A stretch of 64,000 nt of DNA from an uncultured delta proteobacterium (GCA_963743865.1 CAVURG010000006.1:2368107-2432106), one strand, 5' to 3'. Positions 1-8,514 are shown, numbered from the stretch's first letter. Program-made: numbers and translations. The notes: generated by a model from the sequence alone, not told the origin.

Positions 1-576
1 GATGGTGCCGTTGGAAACCCAGGCCGCCTTCTGGCCGCTGATGACGTAGGAGTCGCCGTCAGCGCGCGCGACGACTTCGCCCTTCACCTTCGGATCGTGA
101 AACTCGGGCGTGCCTACCATCAACTGATCGGATCCATGACTGGGCTCGGTGATCGCCCAGCATCCTATGAACGCGGCCTCGCGGTCCGCGATGAACGGCT
201 TCATGAAGGTTTCGTACAGTTCGGGGTTGCCGCTGGTGGCTGCGATCATGGCCGGAAAACCCGAGACACCGATGGCTATCGACAAGTCAACCGATCCCCA
301 CGCCAATTCTTCATGCAGGATGTGACTGGCGAGCGGATCGAGTCCCAGCCCACCCAGCTCGACCGGGATTCCCGCCACATGATAGCCAAGGCCGTACGCT
401 TTCTTCAGAACCTGCCTCATCAGGGAATTCGGCGCGATGACATCCTGGGGATCGGCCATCCGATCGAGTTCGATCGCGGCCGGACGCATCACTTCTTTCG
501 CGAAGCGATGAGCGGTCGCGCGGATCGACTCGTATTCTTTCGGGATCCCGATGGAAAGTTCACGGTAAGTATCCAT
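1..576 (-). CDS. acyl-CoA dehydrogenase, N-terminal part (gene runs off the left edge of the window)
   Basis: Absent from the ORF track because it has no stop in the window. My reverse-complement translation from ATG 576..574 reads MDTYRELSIGIPKEYESIRATAHRFAKEVMRPAAIELDRMADPQDV...EAAFIGCWAITEPSHGSDQL...ISGQKAAWVSNGTI and stays open to position 1. A GGAGAA/GAGGAG-type SD lies just upstream. ITEPxxGSD is the classic ACAD motif. The + ORF 97..630 is its antisense shadow. Confidence 0.8.
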   Translation of the reverse strand, partial: MDTYRELSIGIPKEYESIRATAHRFAKEVMRPAAIELDRMADPQDVIAPNSLMRQVLKKAYGLGYHVAGIPVELGGLGLDPLASHILHEELAWGSVDLSIAIGVSGFPAMIAATSGNPELYETFMKPFIADREAAFIGCWAITEPSHGSDQLMVGTPEFHDPKVKGEVVARADGDSYVISGQKAAWVSNGTI

Positions 577-972
577 TGGCCTGTTTTCTCCTCGCTATGC
601 GGCTCGAGAGAGTCGCCAGCGCATAATTGATCGGTTTTGACTTTCGAGGACTGAGCATCGAACGTGCCACGCGTTCGCGCACCGGACTTCACGCAAACGC
701 GTTAGATGCTACATCGCGCAATTCAATCGGCAAGTCCAGAGGGGATGGGGCGAAAGGGCACAGATGGGTGCTTTCGATACAAAAACATCCGATCGAGCAT
801 TCACGGCCCCGCCAATACCGAGCGACATCGAGCACGCGCTCTCGGCAGCTTTTTCCCAACACGCATCACGAGATCGGGATACGGTGAAGTCAGCCGACCT
901 TTCGAGTTCACAGGTCCTGCAGTGGCTTTGTTTTGTAAATTTCGCTAAGCCACCCCGCCTTCCTGCTGTTCG

Positions 973-1683
973 CTAATTTCCGTCGGTCTGCGCGGTTCCG
1001 GTCCCTCCGATATCGGTCCCAGCGGACTCGGGGACGCTTACGTCCACGTCCATAATCGCGGGAACGGGGACATCCTCACCGCCGCGCCTTGCCTGCAATC
1101 GTTGCAGCTCATGCAGCGTTCTCTGGAAAGATCGGGAAAGCGCAGTTTCGTGCCGCCAAAGATTTAAGAATGGCTCGGGAGACGCTTCCAACACGCGCGT
1201 GACGTTGAAAGAAGGATCAAAGAGTTGAGCCCGGGCGCCCGCGAGTCTTCGGTTGGCATCCTCATGAGCCTGGGGATCGCTAACTAGGACGTCATTGTTT
1301 TGCGTCGGCGCCAATAGCCTATCCATCTCCGTCGACTCGTACTGCTTTACCGATTCCTCGGCTTCCTCCACGAGCCGTTCTGCACAACCGCGTTTGTAGA
1401 GCATCGCTTCAAAGATAGGGACTCTGCGGAGCCGCCAAAGGTCAGCTACGATCTTTTCTGCCAACGCACCTTCGAGCTCGCCTTGGGGATCCAAGTTGGT
1501 CAGTAGACCCGCGCGAAAAGAGTCAAAGTCATCGGGATCCTCGCCTGGCAAGACTACGTCTCGTCCCGTGAGCCCGTGTTTCAGTGCATTCGCCGAGACT
1601 TTTGCTTTTCCGGCCGAAGTGCGCGGGCCGGTGCTCCGTTGAGCGTTGAGTCCGTTGGCTGCGATTTGCTTGTCACTGCTCAT
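973..1683 (-). CDS. hypothetical protein with a conserved N-terminal motif (QRSTGPRTSAGKAKVSANALKHGL), function unknown
   Basis: ORF 973..1839. I prefer the internal ATG at 1683 (MSSDKQIAANGLNAQRSTGPRT...) because GGGAGGG sits a few nt upstream. A shorter paralogue lies at 8296..8514. Confidence 0.6.
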   Translation of the reverse strand: MSSDKQIAANGLNAQRSTGPRTSAGKAKVSANALKHGLTGRDVVLPGEDPDDFDSFRAGLLTNLDPQGELEGALAEKIVADLWRLRRVPIFEAMLYKRGCAERLVEEAEESVKQYESTEMDRLLAPTQNNDVLVSDPQAHEDANRRLAGARAQLFDPSFNVTRVLEASPEPFLNLWRHETALSRSFQRTLHELQRLQARRGGEDVPVPAIMDVDVSVPESAGTDIGGTGTAQTDGN

Positions 1684-1737
1684 GCCGCACCCTCCCAAAT
1701 GTTTGCTTCCAATTGCCAGCTTCTCAATCGGATTGCG

Positions 1738-1760
1738 GGAACCTAGCTTAGCTAGGTTCC
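1738..1760. promoter_or_regulatory. perfect 11-1-11 palindrome GGAACCTAGCT-T-AGCTAGGTTCC, candidate operator
   Basis: Read directly from the sequence. It lies about 55-75 nt upstream of the 1683 start on the minus strand. Confidence 0.4.
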
Positions 1761-2034
1761 TAACAACGCTCGAACAACCGAAATTCAACCGAGCGTCCAT
1801 CGAAGATATGGACCCGCACTCATCCCAAGCGGTGGTCATTTGCCTGACGGCCTCGGATTCCTCCTAGGCCTGTTCCAGTACGGAGACTTGCAGCGGGGAC
1901 AGACTCGCGGTTCTTGGCCGGCTTCTCGCGGCAACCATTCGTGTCCGCACCGCTCGCAACGATAACCGGACAATCTAACCTTGGCCACGCTCTGCCCCTC
2001 CACCGACCTCGCTAAAACATATTCCTTTTAGGTA

Positions 2035-2063
2035 TTGCTTCGTAGTGTACCTTTTAGTAATAT
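2035..2063 (+). promoter_or_regulatory. sigma70-like promoter for the ERF operon (TTGCTT-17 nt-TAATAT) inside an AT-rich patch
   Basis: -35 is ttgctt at 2035..2040, the spacer is 17 nt, and -10 is taatat at 2058..2063. The direct repeat CCTTTTAG(G)TA occurs twice (about 2024-2034 and 2050-2060) and overlaps the promoter. Confidence 0.4.
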
Positions 2064-2143
2064 ACTATAGCGTAAGCAGCAAAATCGGAATTTGAACGAA
2101 ATGACGTCAATGGTGAAAGAGAGCGCATCGCACAGGAGGCAAA

Positions 2144-3253
2144 ATGAGAGCCAGCCTAGAGTATCGCAATGGATTTCTTTGTGTGCTCGTCGAGAACGGG
2201 ATCGAGCCGAAGAAGTGGTTTCCGGTCAGCAGGTCCGATTATGCGGAAGTTCAGACGCTGCTTGGCCGGCCGCTAACGCGCGCCAATCTGCAGGAGGGCA
2301 TTTACGTGGACGAGGAAGGAAATGTGTTTCAGTTGTTGGACAAGGGCGAGACGAAGCCAATCGAGATCGAGCATCTCCCTGGGACGGAGAAAACCGAGCT
2401 CGAGGGACTACTGGAAGCTTCGTTGAAAGGAAAAAAAACGCGCGGACAAAACGGAGATTCGAACAGGATGCAGCGAAAAAATGGAACCAACGGGCGGAAG
2501 CAGCAAGCCTTGCAAGTTGACAGCTCGGCGCCTCAATTACTCAGCCCTGAAACAACGGCAAACTCCCAGGCCATAGGCCATTCGGCCAACGGAGCGGCTT
2601 CCGAAGCTCCCGCCCAGTTGAATCTACGCCAGAAGCTGGCCGAAGTCCGGCGGCGCATCGGCTACATCCAGAAGCGCGGCCACAACGAGCGCTTCAACTA
2701 CAGCTACGTTACCGCCGCCGATATCGCCGGCTCGGTCGGTGACATACTCGCCGAACTTGGGGTCGTCATCATCCCCCGACTCGAAGATATCTCCTACGAA
2801 TCGGCGGTGGGCCGGGGCGAGGCCACCCGGATGGCCCGGGTGGTGATGGCCTACACCTTCGCCGACGTCGACAGCGGCGAAGAGATCATCGCGAAGGTGG
2901 CGGGCCAGGGTCTCGATCCCGGCGACAAGGCGCCTTACAAGGCGATGACCGGGGCGTTGAAGTACGCCCTGCTCCAATCGTTTCTGCTGGCCACCGGCGA
3001 CGATCCGGAAGATGAACGGGTGGACGCTCGCTTCACCACGCCCAGTTCCGATCGCCCGATCAACGCCGAAGAGGTTCGCGAACTGGAGAAACGGATCGAC
3101 GACACCGGGACCGATCTCGAACGGGTACTGGCGTACTACAAGGTCGCTTCACTTGGCGAAATGACCGAAACCGCCTACCGGCGCGCGGTCGAAGTACTGG
3201 ATCGCAAACTGGCCAAACACGGTAATCAGGAGACAGTTCATGCCCAGGATTGA
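2144..3253 (+). CDS. ERF-family single-strand annealing protein with an extra N-terminal region
   Basis: The C-terminal half reads RFNYSYVTAADIAGSVGDILAELGVVI...GDKAPYKAMTGALKYALLQSFLLATGDDPED, which matches my memory of the ERF core. The next gene is a YqaJ exonuclease, the usual partner. Confidence 0.65.
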   Translation: MRASLEYRNGFLCVLVENGIEPKKWFPVSRSDYAEVQTLLGRPLTRANLQEGIYVDEEGNVFQLLDKGETKPIEIEHLPGTEKTELEGLLEASLKGKKTRGQNGDSNRMQRKNGTNGRKQQALQVDSSAPQLLSPETTANSQAIGHSANGAASEAPAQLNLRQKLAEVRRRIGYIQKRGHNERFNYSYVTAADIAGSVGDILAELGVVIIPRLEDISYESAVGRGEATRMARVVMAYTFADVDSGEEIIAKVAGQGLDPGDKAPYKAMTGALKYALLQSFLLATGDDPEDERVDARFTTPSSDRPINAEEVRELEKRIDDTGTDLERVLAYYKVASLGEMTETAYRRAVEVLDRKLAKHGNQETVHAQD

Positions 3254-4118
3254 GCGGCTGCATCAGAACACTCCCGAGTGGCACCGCTGGCGCATGCAGG
3301 GGATTGGGGCCAGTGACGCTCCGGTGATCATGGGCGAGACAGCCTTCAAGACCCCGAGAACGCTCTGGTCGATAAAAACCGGGCGTATGCAGGAAGGTTC
3401 GGCGGGTCCGGCAGCGCGACGCGGTCGCGAACTGGAGCGTTTCGCCCGTCGCGCGTACGAGCGACAGACAGGAATTCAGGTGGAGCCACTGTGTCTGGTC
3501 CACGAAGAGTTCGACTGGATGCGGGCGTCGTTGGACGGGTTGAGCTTCGACGGCTCCACGCTTCTGGAGATTAAATGCCCGCTCAGCGTCCGGAATCGCG
3601 CGTCAGCACAGGAAGGTCGTATCCCTACCCAATACCATGCGCAGCTACAGCATCAACTGGAGGTTTCCGGAGCAGAACGGGCGCACTACTGGTCCTTCCA
3701 CGGGACCGACGGATTCCTCGTCGAAATACGCCCCGACAAAGAATACGCGGGAAAGCTGGTAGAGGCAGAGGCCGCGTTCTGGCGGCTGGTGAAGGAAAAC
3801 CGCTGGCCCGAATTGGCCAACGAGGAACAGGACCTGAGCGCGGATCCAATATGGCGTCGCGCCGCGCTACGTTACCGTGAAGTCAGGCTCCGGCTGGAAA
3901 ACGCAGCATCCGAAGAGCACGAGCTGCGCGCAACGCTTGAGTGCCTGGCGACAGCGAGGCGGACGTACGGCTGTGGCGTCGAAGTCTTGAAGAGCTCGCG
4001 CAAAGGCGCGGTTGATTACGCTGCGGTGCCGGAGCTGCGCGGAGTCAACCTCGAACCCTACCGTAAACCGCCGGTCGCGGTCGTGAAGATCAACTTCATG
4101 GAGCCCAACCAGCAATAG
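3240..4118 (+). CDS. YqaJ-like (lambda-Exo type) viral recombinase exonuclease
   Basis: N-terminus HQNTPEWHRWRMQGIGASDAPVIMG and later LLEIKCP...YHAQLQHQLEVSG are typical YqaJ/PD-(D/E)xK exonuclease motifs. It overlaps the ERF gene by 14 nt. Confidence 0.7.
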   Translation: MPRIERLHQNTPEWHRWRMQGIGASDAPVIMGETAFKTPRTLWSIKTGRMQEGSAGPAARRGRELERFARRAYERQTGIQVEPLCLVHEEFDWMRASLDGLSFDGSTLLEIKCPLSVRNRASAQEGRIPTQYHAQLQHQLEVSGAERAHYWSFHGTDGFLVEIRPDKEYAGKLVEAEAAFWRLVKENRWPELANEEQDLSADPIWRRAALRYREVRLRLENAASEEHELRATLECLATARRTYGCGVEVLKSSRKGAVDYAAVPELRGVNLEPYRKPPVAVVKINFMEPNQQ

Positions 4119-4124
4119 ACCGCG

Positions 4125-4622
4125 ATGGACGACTACTTCGGATTTCGCAATTTCCGCCAGTTCGAGCGCACCCGCAGGGAGATCAAGCTGCCCTACGATC
4201 TGTTGAACGACATGCGTTTCCGTCAGCTTCGCGACGCCAGCAAGGCCCACCTGATCTGCCTGCTGCTGCTCTCGGCGCGAATGAACAATCTCCTGCCCAA
4301 CAGTCCCGTCAAGCTGGAGCGGCTGATCGGGGCGACCGAGCCTTTGGACCTGAGTGCGTTCGCCGAGTTCGTCAACTTCGCCGGGGTGGAAAAGCCGACC
4401 TGGCAGGACCGCCTTGTAAACAGGCGCGTGCCCGACAGCATGCGCGCGGCGGTGCTGGTGCGCGACGGAGCACGATGTCGAAAATGCAGGAGGGCGATCA
4501 AGCTGGAAATGGATCACATTGTTCCGGTCAGCAAGGGGGGCAAGACCGAAGAATCGAACCTTCAAACCCTGTGCCGACGCTGCAACAGGGCCAAGTCCAA
4601 GAAGCTGGTCGCCAGATTCTGA
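4125..4622 (+). CDS. HNH endonuclease
   Basis: C-terminus RDGARCRKCRRAIKLEMDHIVPVSKGGKTEESNLQTLCRRCNRAKSKK carries the HNH and zinc-finger signature. Confidence 0.8.
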   Translation: MDDYFGFRNFRQFERTRREIKLPYDLLNDMRFRQLRDASKAHLICLLLLSARMNNLLPNSPVKLERLIGATEPLDLSAFAEFVNFAGVEKPTWQDRLVNRRVPDSMRAAVLVRDGARCRKCRRAIKLEMDHIVPVSKGGKTEESNLQTLCRRCNRAKSKKLVARF

Positions 4623-4624
4623 AG

Positions 4625-6325
4625 ATGAGTGCGGCAGGCCAATCATCGCGCAGCATCGCGGTCGAGCTGGCCCTGCTATTCCTGCGCGAACTTGAGCCAG
4701 TTGTCGCAGAAGATCCGGAGCGGCTGGTCTCGACCGAGGCAGTACTTTCCTTTGCAGCGGTCCGGCGCGGGGATCCTATCACCTGGCAACACTGGCGCAG
4801 AATTCTCGAGAAATATGAAAGATCTGACCTGATCGAGCATATGCTCGGCGAGCCGGTGCCCTTGGATCGCGGCGACGGCGGGTCCGCTGCGGACAGACTG
4901 ATCGGACTTGTGCTCGAGACTGGAATCGAGTTCTTTCACGATCCTGACCAGCACGGCTGGGCTTGCGTTCCCGTCGATGGCCATTGGCAGAATCACCCGA
5001 TCCGCTCCCGCCCGTTCCAGCTCTTCTTGCTGCGAACCTATTACCGGGAGACAGGCAACAGCCCCGGCACGCAAGCAATCCGCGCCACTCTGGAGCTGTT
5101 CGAGGCGAAAGCCCTGTTTGACGGTGAGGAATCTCCCATCAATCTGCGGGTCGCAAATCACCGAGGGAAACTCTATCTTGACCTGTGCGATCGCGCCTGG
5201 CGGGCAGTCGAGATTGACGCCGAAGGTTGGCGGATAGTAAATCGACCACCTCCAAGATTCCATCGTACACGCGGTTCGAAACCGCTGCCCGCACCCGAGC
5301 GCGGCGGCAGTCTCGGAGAATTACGCGGCTTCCTGAACGTCGACCACCAGGGCTGGACTCTGATCAAGGCCTTTCTGGTCACGGCGCTGCGTCAAAACGT
5401 GCCGTGCCCTATCCTTGTCGCCAAGGGTGAGCAGGGAGCGGGAAAGACGACCGCGTGCAGAATAATAAGCGCGCTGATCGACCCGCGCACCGGGGCACTG
5501 CGGGGCGTACCGCGTGAGGTTCGCGATCTGACCGCGGCGGCAAGGAATTCCTGGATCGTATGTTTCGATAACTTGAGCCATCTGCCAGAGGAACTCGCCG
5601 ACGCAGCTTGTCGGCTAGCTACCGGCGGCGGTTTCGGTGGCCGGGAACTCTATAGCGATCATGACGAAGCGATCTTCGACGCTACCCGTCCCATGTTGTT
5701 CAACGCGATTCCCGACCTGGGTGCCGCGCGGCCCGACTTTCTCGATCGCGCAGTGATCGTGGAGTTCCTCGACATGAAGCCCCAGATGCGCCGGGACGAG
5801 GCGCAGTTCTGGCGTGAATTCGAGCAGGTACGACCACGAATCCTGGGCGCGCTGCTCGATGCCGCCGCTGCGGGACTTAAGAACCTGCCCAACGTCAGAC
5901 TCGATCAGCCGCCGCGGATGGCCGACTTCGCGATCTGGGTAAACGCGTGCGAGGAAAGGCTCGAAATGAAACCAGGCGAGGCCCTGACTGCCTACCAGTC
6001 CAACCGCGCCGAGACACACAACCTCGCGCTTGAGTCCTCACCACTGTACGAACCCGTTGCCCAACTGGCCCGGGAGGGCTTTAGCGGAACGGTCGCAGAA
6101 CTGCATGGCCGGCTCAACTGCTTGACGAGCGAAAGCATGCGCCGTTCGGTACGCTGGCCCAAGGCACCCAATGCGCTGAGCAACGCGCTGCGCCGCATGG
6201 CAAGCAACCTCCGTGCTGTCGGAATTCAGATCCAGTTTAGCCGCACCGATATCCGCGGCAGACACGTAGTATCCCTGGTCTGCGCTTCCGAAGCCCGGGG
6301 AAAGATCGTCAGTTATCGTCAATGA
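4625..6325 (+). CDS. P-loop NTPase, phage/plasmid primase-helicase-like (SF3/D5-like)
   Basis: Walker A is VAKGEQGAGKTT and a Walker-B-like segment is WIVCFDNLS. The track ORF starts at 4475 but overlaps the HNH gene. The ATG at 4625 lies 3 nt after the HNH stop. Confidence 0.55.
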   Translation: MSAAGQSSRSIAVELALLFLRELEPVVAEDPERLVSTEAVLSFAAVRRGDPITWQHWRRILEKYERSDLIEHMLGEPVPLDRGDGGSAADRLIGLVLETGIEFFHDPDQHGWACVPVDGHWQNHPIRSRPFQLFLLRTYYRETGNSPGTQAIRATLELFEAKALFDGEESPINLRVANHRGKLYLDLCDRAWRAVEIDAEGWRIVNRPPPRFHRTRGSKPLPAPERGGSLGELRGFLNVDHQGWTLIKAFLVTALRQNVPCPILVAKGEQGAGKTTACRIISALIDPRTGALRGVPREVRDLTAAARNSWIVCFDNLSHLPEELADAACRLATGGGFGGRELYSDHDEAIFDATRPMLFNAIPDLGAARPDFLDRAVIVEFLDMKPQMRRDEAQFWREFEQVRPRILGALLDAAAAGLKNLPNVRLDQPPRMADFAIWVNACEERLEMKPGEALTAYQSNRAETHNLALESSPLYEPVAQLAREGFSGTVAELHGRLNCLTSESMRRSVRWPKAPNALSNALRRMASNLRAVGIQIQFSRTDIRGRHVVSLVCASEARGKIVSYRQ

Positions 6326-6423
6326 CCGTCGGTAACTCCTGCCAGCACCACATCTGGAAAGCCGACTTCTGAGCGGGGTTTGACCAGATTTTGTCGGCGC
6401 TGTCCCAAGCGGCAATCAGTGTC

Positions 6424-6687
6424 CTAGGTGCGGCGCGTCAGTGCCCTAAGTTTCCAATACTGTTTGATCAACGCTGCGCTAGGCGAGCGTTTCCCGTTCC
6501 CCAAACAGGCGACGTGCGCGTTACTTATCTTGAGAAGCGCCGCCATCTCGCACTGTGTCAAATCGGCAGTCGTCGGCACCGTTTCAGCTCTCTCGGCGTT
6601 GGAATGATTCGCGCGCCACAGTGAGGGCAATGCGTCAATGCGAGGGCGTGGTGGTGCTTCATCGGGCGGCCTCAACCTCACTCGCAA
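6424..6687 (-). CDS. possible XRE-type helix-turn-helix protein
   Basis: LTQCEMAALLKISNAHVACLGNGKRSPS resembles an HTH_3 helix-turn-helix. The N-terminus and start codon are uncertain, and it overlaps the 3' end of the P63C ORF. Confidence 0.3.
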   Translation of the reverse strand: MRVRLRPPDEAPPRPRIDALPSLWRANHSNAERAETVPTTADLTQCEMAALLKISNAHVACLGNGKRSPSAALIKQYWKLRALTRRT

Positions 6688-7015
6688 GGACTTCGAGCTT
6701 ATCAGGGAAAGGCAACTCCATCGGCTTACCCCACTGCGGATACGTCTTCACCCACAGTCGGATTTCGTTCGCAGCAAAGCGTTCCAGAATTTTTGTCAAC
6801 GTATCACGAGCGCGGAAGTCTTGGTATCCGGTTGCTTCATCAACTAACGCGATGATCCCGACGGTCGCGAAGCCATGCTGTAAAATCGCGCGGCGTTCGG
6901 CGGCTCTTTCCCCTCTTTCACCCAGCGCACAAACCATTTGGGACAGCGCCATTTTTTCTCGGAAAACACAGGGAAGATCTAACGATTCGGTGATAGTGTT
7001 CGTGACTATTGCCAC
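6659..7015 (-). CDS. P63C-domain protein, apparently truncated
   Basis: VGIIALVDEATGYQDFRARDTLTKILERF matches the phage P63C domain core as I remember it. The ORF ends early compared with typical members. Confidence 0.45.
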   Translation of the reverse strand: MAIVTNTITESLDLPCVFREKMALSQMVCALGERGERAAERRAILQHGFATVGIIALVDEATGYQDFRARDTLTKILERFAANEIRLWVKTYPQWGKPMELPFPDKLEVLASEVEAAR

Positions 7016-7120
7016 TGACGATAACTGACGATCTTTTCCGGGGTTTCAAGACATCGCCGCCAGAAGGCCTTTGGTCTGAGGTCTTTCCCGGCCTGTAGCC
7101 TGGCCACCAAAAAAATTCTC

Positions 7121-7534
7121 TTACGGCCCAGCGGAGGGATTGATTACCCGCAGGCCGGAAAAATATCGACGGTAAAAACCGCTGTCGCGTGTCAGGAGCT
7201 GATCGGCGGCGACCAAGGCGTGAGCGCCGATCAGAAAATCGGCAGCGATCCGATTGCGCGGGCCTCCACCTGCTCGGTAACGGCGCCAGGCCTCCGCTGC
7301 CTTGATCGCCGCCTCCTCGGTCATCGGCAAAAAAGAGGCGGGCAGCTTGTGCATGGCATCCCGAAAACGTCCAGCATCGCCAAATACCGTTGCAGTCTCT
7401 GCCCATACCACCTGTGAAGCGACCAGCGCCCCTTCCCTTAGGCAGCGCCGCAACGCTTCTGCAGAGGCCGAGGAAAACTTTGGGTCTGCACCGAACACGT
7501 CCAGCAGGACGTTGGTATCAACTGCGGTGATCAC
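7121..7534 (-). CDS. vapC: PIN-domain toxin VapC (type II TA)
   Basis: MITAVDTNVLLDVF is the canonical PIN N-terminus. It is 137 aa and overlaps the upstream antitoxin gene by 4 nt. Confidence 0.85.
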   Translation of the reverse strand: MITAVDTNVLLDVFGADPKFSSASAEALRRCLREGALVASQVVWAETATVFGDAGRFRDAMHKLPASFLPMTEEAAIKAAEAWRRYRAGGGPRNRIAADFLIGAHALVAADQLLTRDSGFYRRYFSGLRVINPSAGP

Positions 7535-7761
7535 TGCCTGCCGCGAAGCTGTGCTATAACGGCATCACTATCGATCTTCTTACGGAGGCATCCGTAAACC
7601 TCGGTGACCGGGTCCAGACCTCCGCTTTTGACCGCGATCAGGCGTCCGCGTTCTTCGCTGAACTCCAGGACCGTCCCGGGCTTCACCCCGAGTCTGTCCC
7701 TAAGCCGTTTCGGAATGGTCACCTGACCGCGCTCGGCAACCCGAGCTTTCATACTTTTCAT
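7531..7761 (-). CDS. vapB: AbrB/SpoVT-type antitoxin VapB
   Basis: ERGQVTIPKRLRDRLGVKPGTVLEF is a SpoVT/AbrB swapped-hairpin motif. The start is ambiguous among 7788, 7761 and 7752. Confidence 0.75.
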   Translation of the reverse strand: MKSMKARVAERGQVTIPKRLRDRLGVKPGTVLEFSEERGRLIAVKSGGLDPVTEVYGCLRKKIDSDAVIAQLRGRQ

Positions 7762-8250
7762 GTATGAAATCATATCGATTAACAGCAACTAATCAAACCA
7801 GCACGAGCAGGAATCCGGGACGAATCAGGCGGCGAGAGGTTCGTAGCGGTGGTGCAGGCCACCGACTTGCGGGATCGCGAGGGCTCCTGCCTCAATTAAA
7901 TAAAGCTCTTCAGCAGCGCTGGATCGCTGCATGGCAGCAAGCACCTGGCGACGACACCCTTCGCGGGTTGCCGTCGGTGTAGTTTATTAGTTTGTTGTGC
8001 CAATATACACTGGGCTAAAGTGGGATGAAGGTGCATCGAATCGATGAGCGGACTGAAGCCAAGCCGTCAATTCTGGGATGAGAAAGCCCGGGGAGATCGC
8101 GACTGGTACGTATCGTCAGCAGCTCCCTACGACGAGCGCAACCTCGCCGAATTCTCGGCGTCGGGCCCGAAGATCTGTAACGATCTGAAGTCAGCTGTCA
8201 ACGGCGGACTAAAACTGCATCAGTTAGCCAGAGTAAAAGTACATCAGTGA

Positions 8251-8291
8251 GAGACACAAGAAGGCCCCGCGCGGGGCCCTTCTTGTGTCTC
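8251..8291. terminator. strong GC-rich hairpin between convergent ORFs (bidirectional terminator candidate)
   Basis: gagacacaagaaggccccgc/gcggggcccttcttgtgtctc forms a stem of about 20 bp with one bulge. Confidence 0.6.
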
Positions 8292-8295
8292 CAGG

Positions 8296-8514
8296 TTAGG
8301 CTTTGGAAGTATCGATGGGCTGAGCATCAGCGCGGGTCCCCTCCGCGAACTTGGAGAATTCTTGCTCGTCCTCGCCTTCAATCGGGTGGAATTGCGCAAG
8401 CAACCCGTACCTCGTGGAGTTCATAGCTGACCTCGCTTTGCTTGCGCCCGTGCATGGACCTGTGCTGCGCGTGGCGTTCTTACGGTTCACCGCGATTTGC
8501 TTTTTCGTGGCCAT
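8296..8514 (-). CDS. short paralogue (72 aa) of the 973..1683 protein, N-terminal motif only
   Basis: MATKKQIAVNRKNATRSTGPCTGASKARSAMNSTRYGL aligns with MSSDKQIAANGLNAQRSTGPRTSAGKAKVSANALKHGL. The longer track ORF 8296..8871 has an implausible Arg/Pro-rich N-terminus. Confidence 0.45.
   Translation of the reverse strand: MATKKQIAVNRKNATRSTGPCTGASKARSAMNSTRYGLLAQFHPIEGEDEQEFSKFAEGTRADAQPIDTSKA

Larger units (their letters stand above)
1840..7790. mobile_element. phage-derived recombination/replication module (cryptic prophage or satellite remnant); no integrase, capsid or tail genes seen
   Basis: Contiguous ERF, YqaJ, HNH, P-loop primase/helicase-like, P63C and VapBC genes, listed as individual features. 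Confidence 0.5.

Noticed and set aside
97-630. 177-aa + strand ORF at the left edge
   Set aside because: It is the antisense shadow of the acyl-CoA dehydrogenase gene, whose minus-strand translation has clear family motifs. The + ORF has an Arg/Gly/His-rich junk composition.
577-972. Two ACGCGT palindromes (about 683 and 709) as an operator of the acyl-CoA dehydrogenase gene, and a possible attachment site of the island
   Set aside because: Six-bp palindromes are expected by chance in GC-rich DNA. I could not identify direct repeats matching the other end of the phage-like module.
4475-4624. N-terminal 50 codons of the track ORF 4475..6325
   Set aside because: It overlaps the conserved HNH motif region in another frame and has a Gln/Gly-rich low-complexity translation. 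The ATG at 4625 right after the HNH stop is the more likely start.
4125-6325. HNH nuclease followed by a P-loop ATPase as a possible Septu-like (ATPase + HNH) defence pair
   Set aside because: The gene order is reversed relative to Septu as I know it. The ATPase motifs and length look like a phage primase/helicase C-terminal (SF3-like) protein. The pair is embedded in an ERF/YqaJ recombination operon, so a replication/recombination role is more parsimonious.
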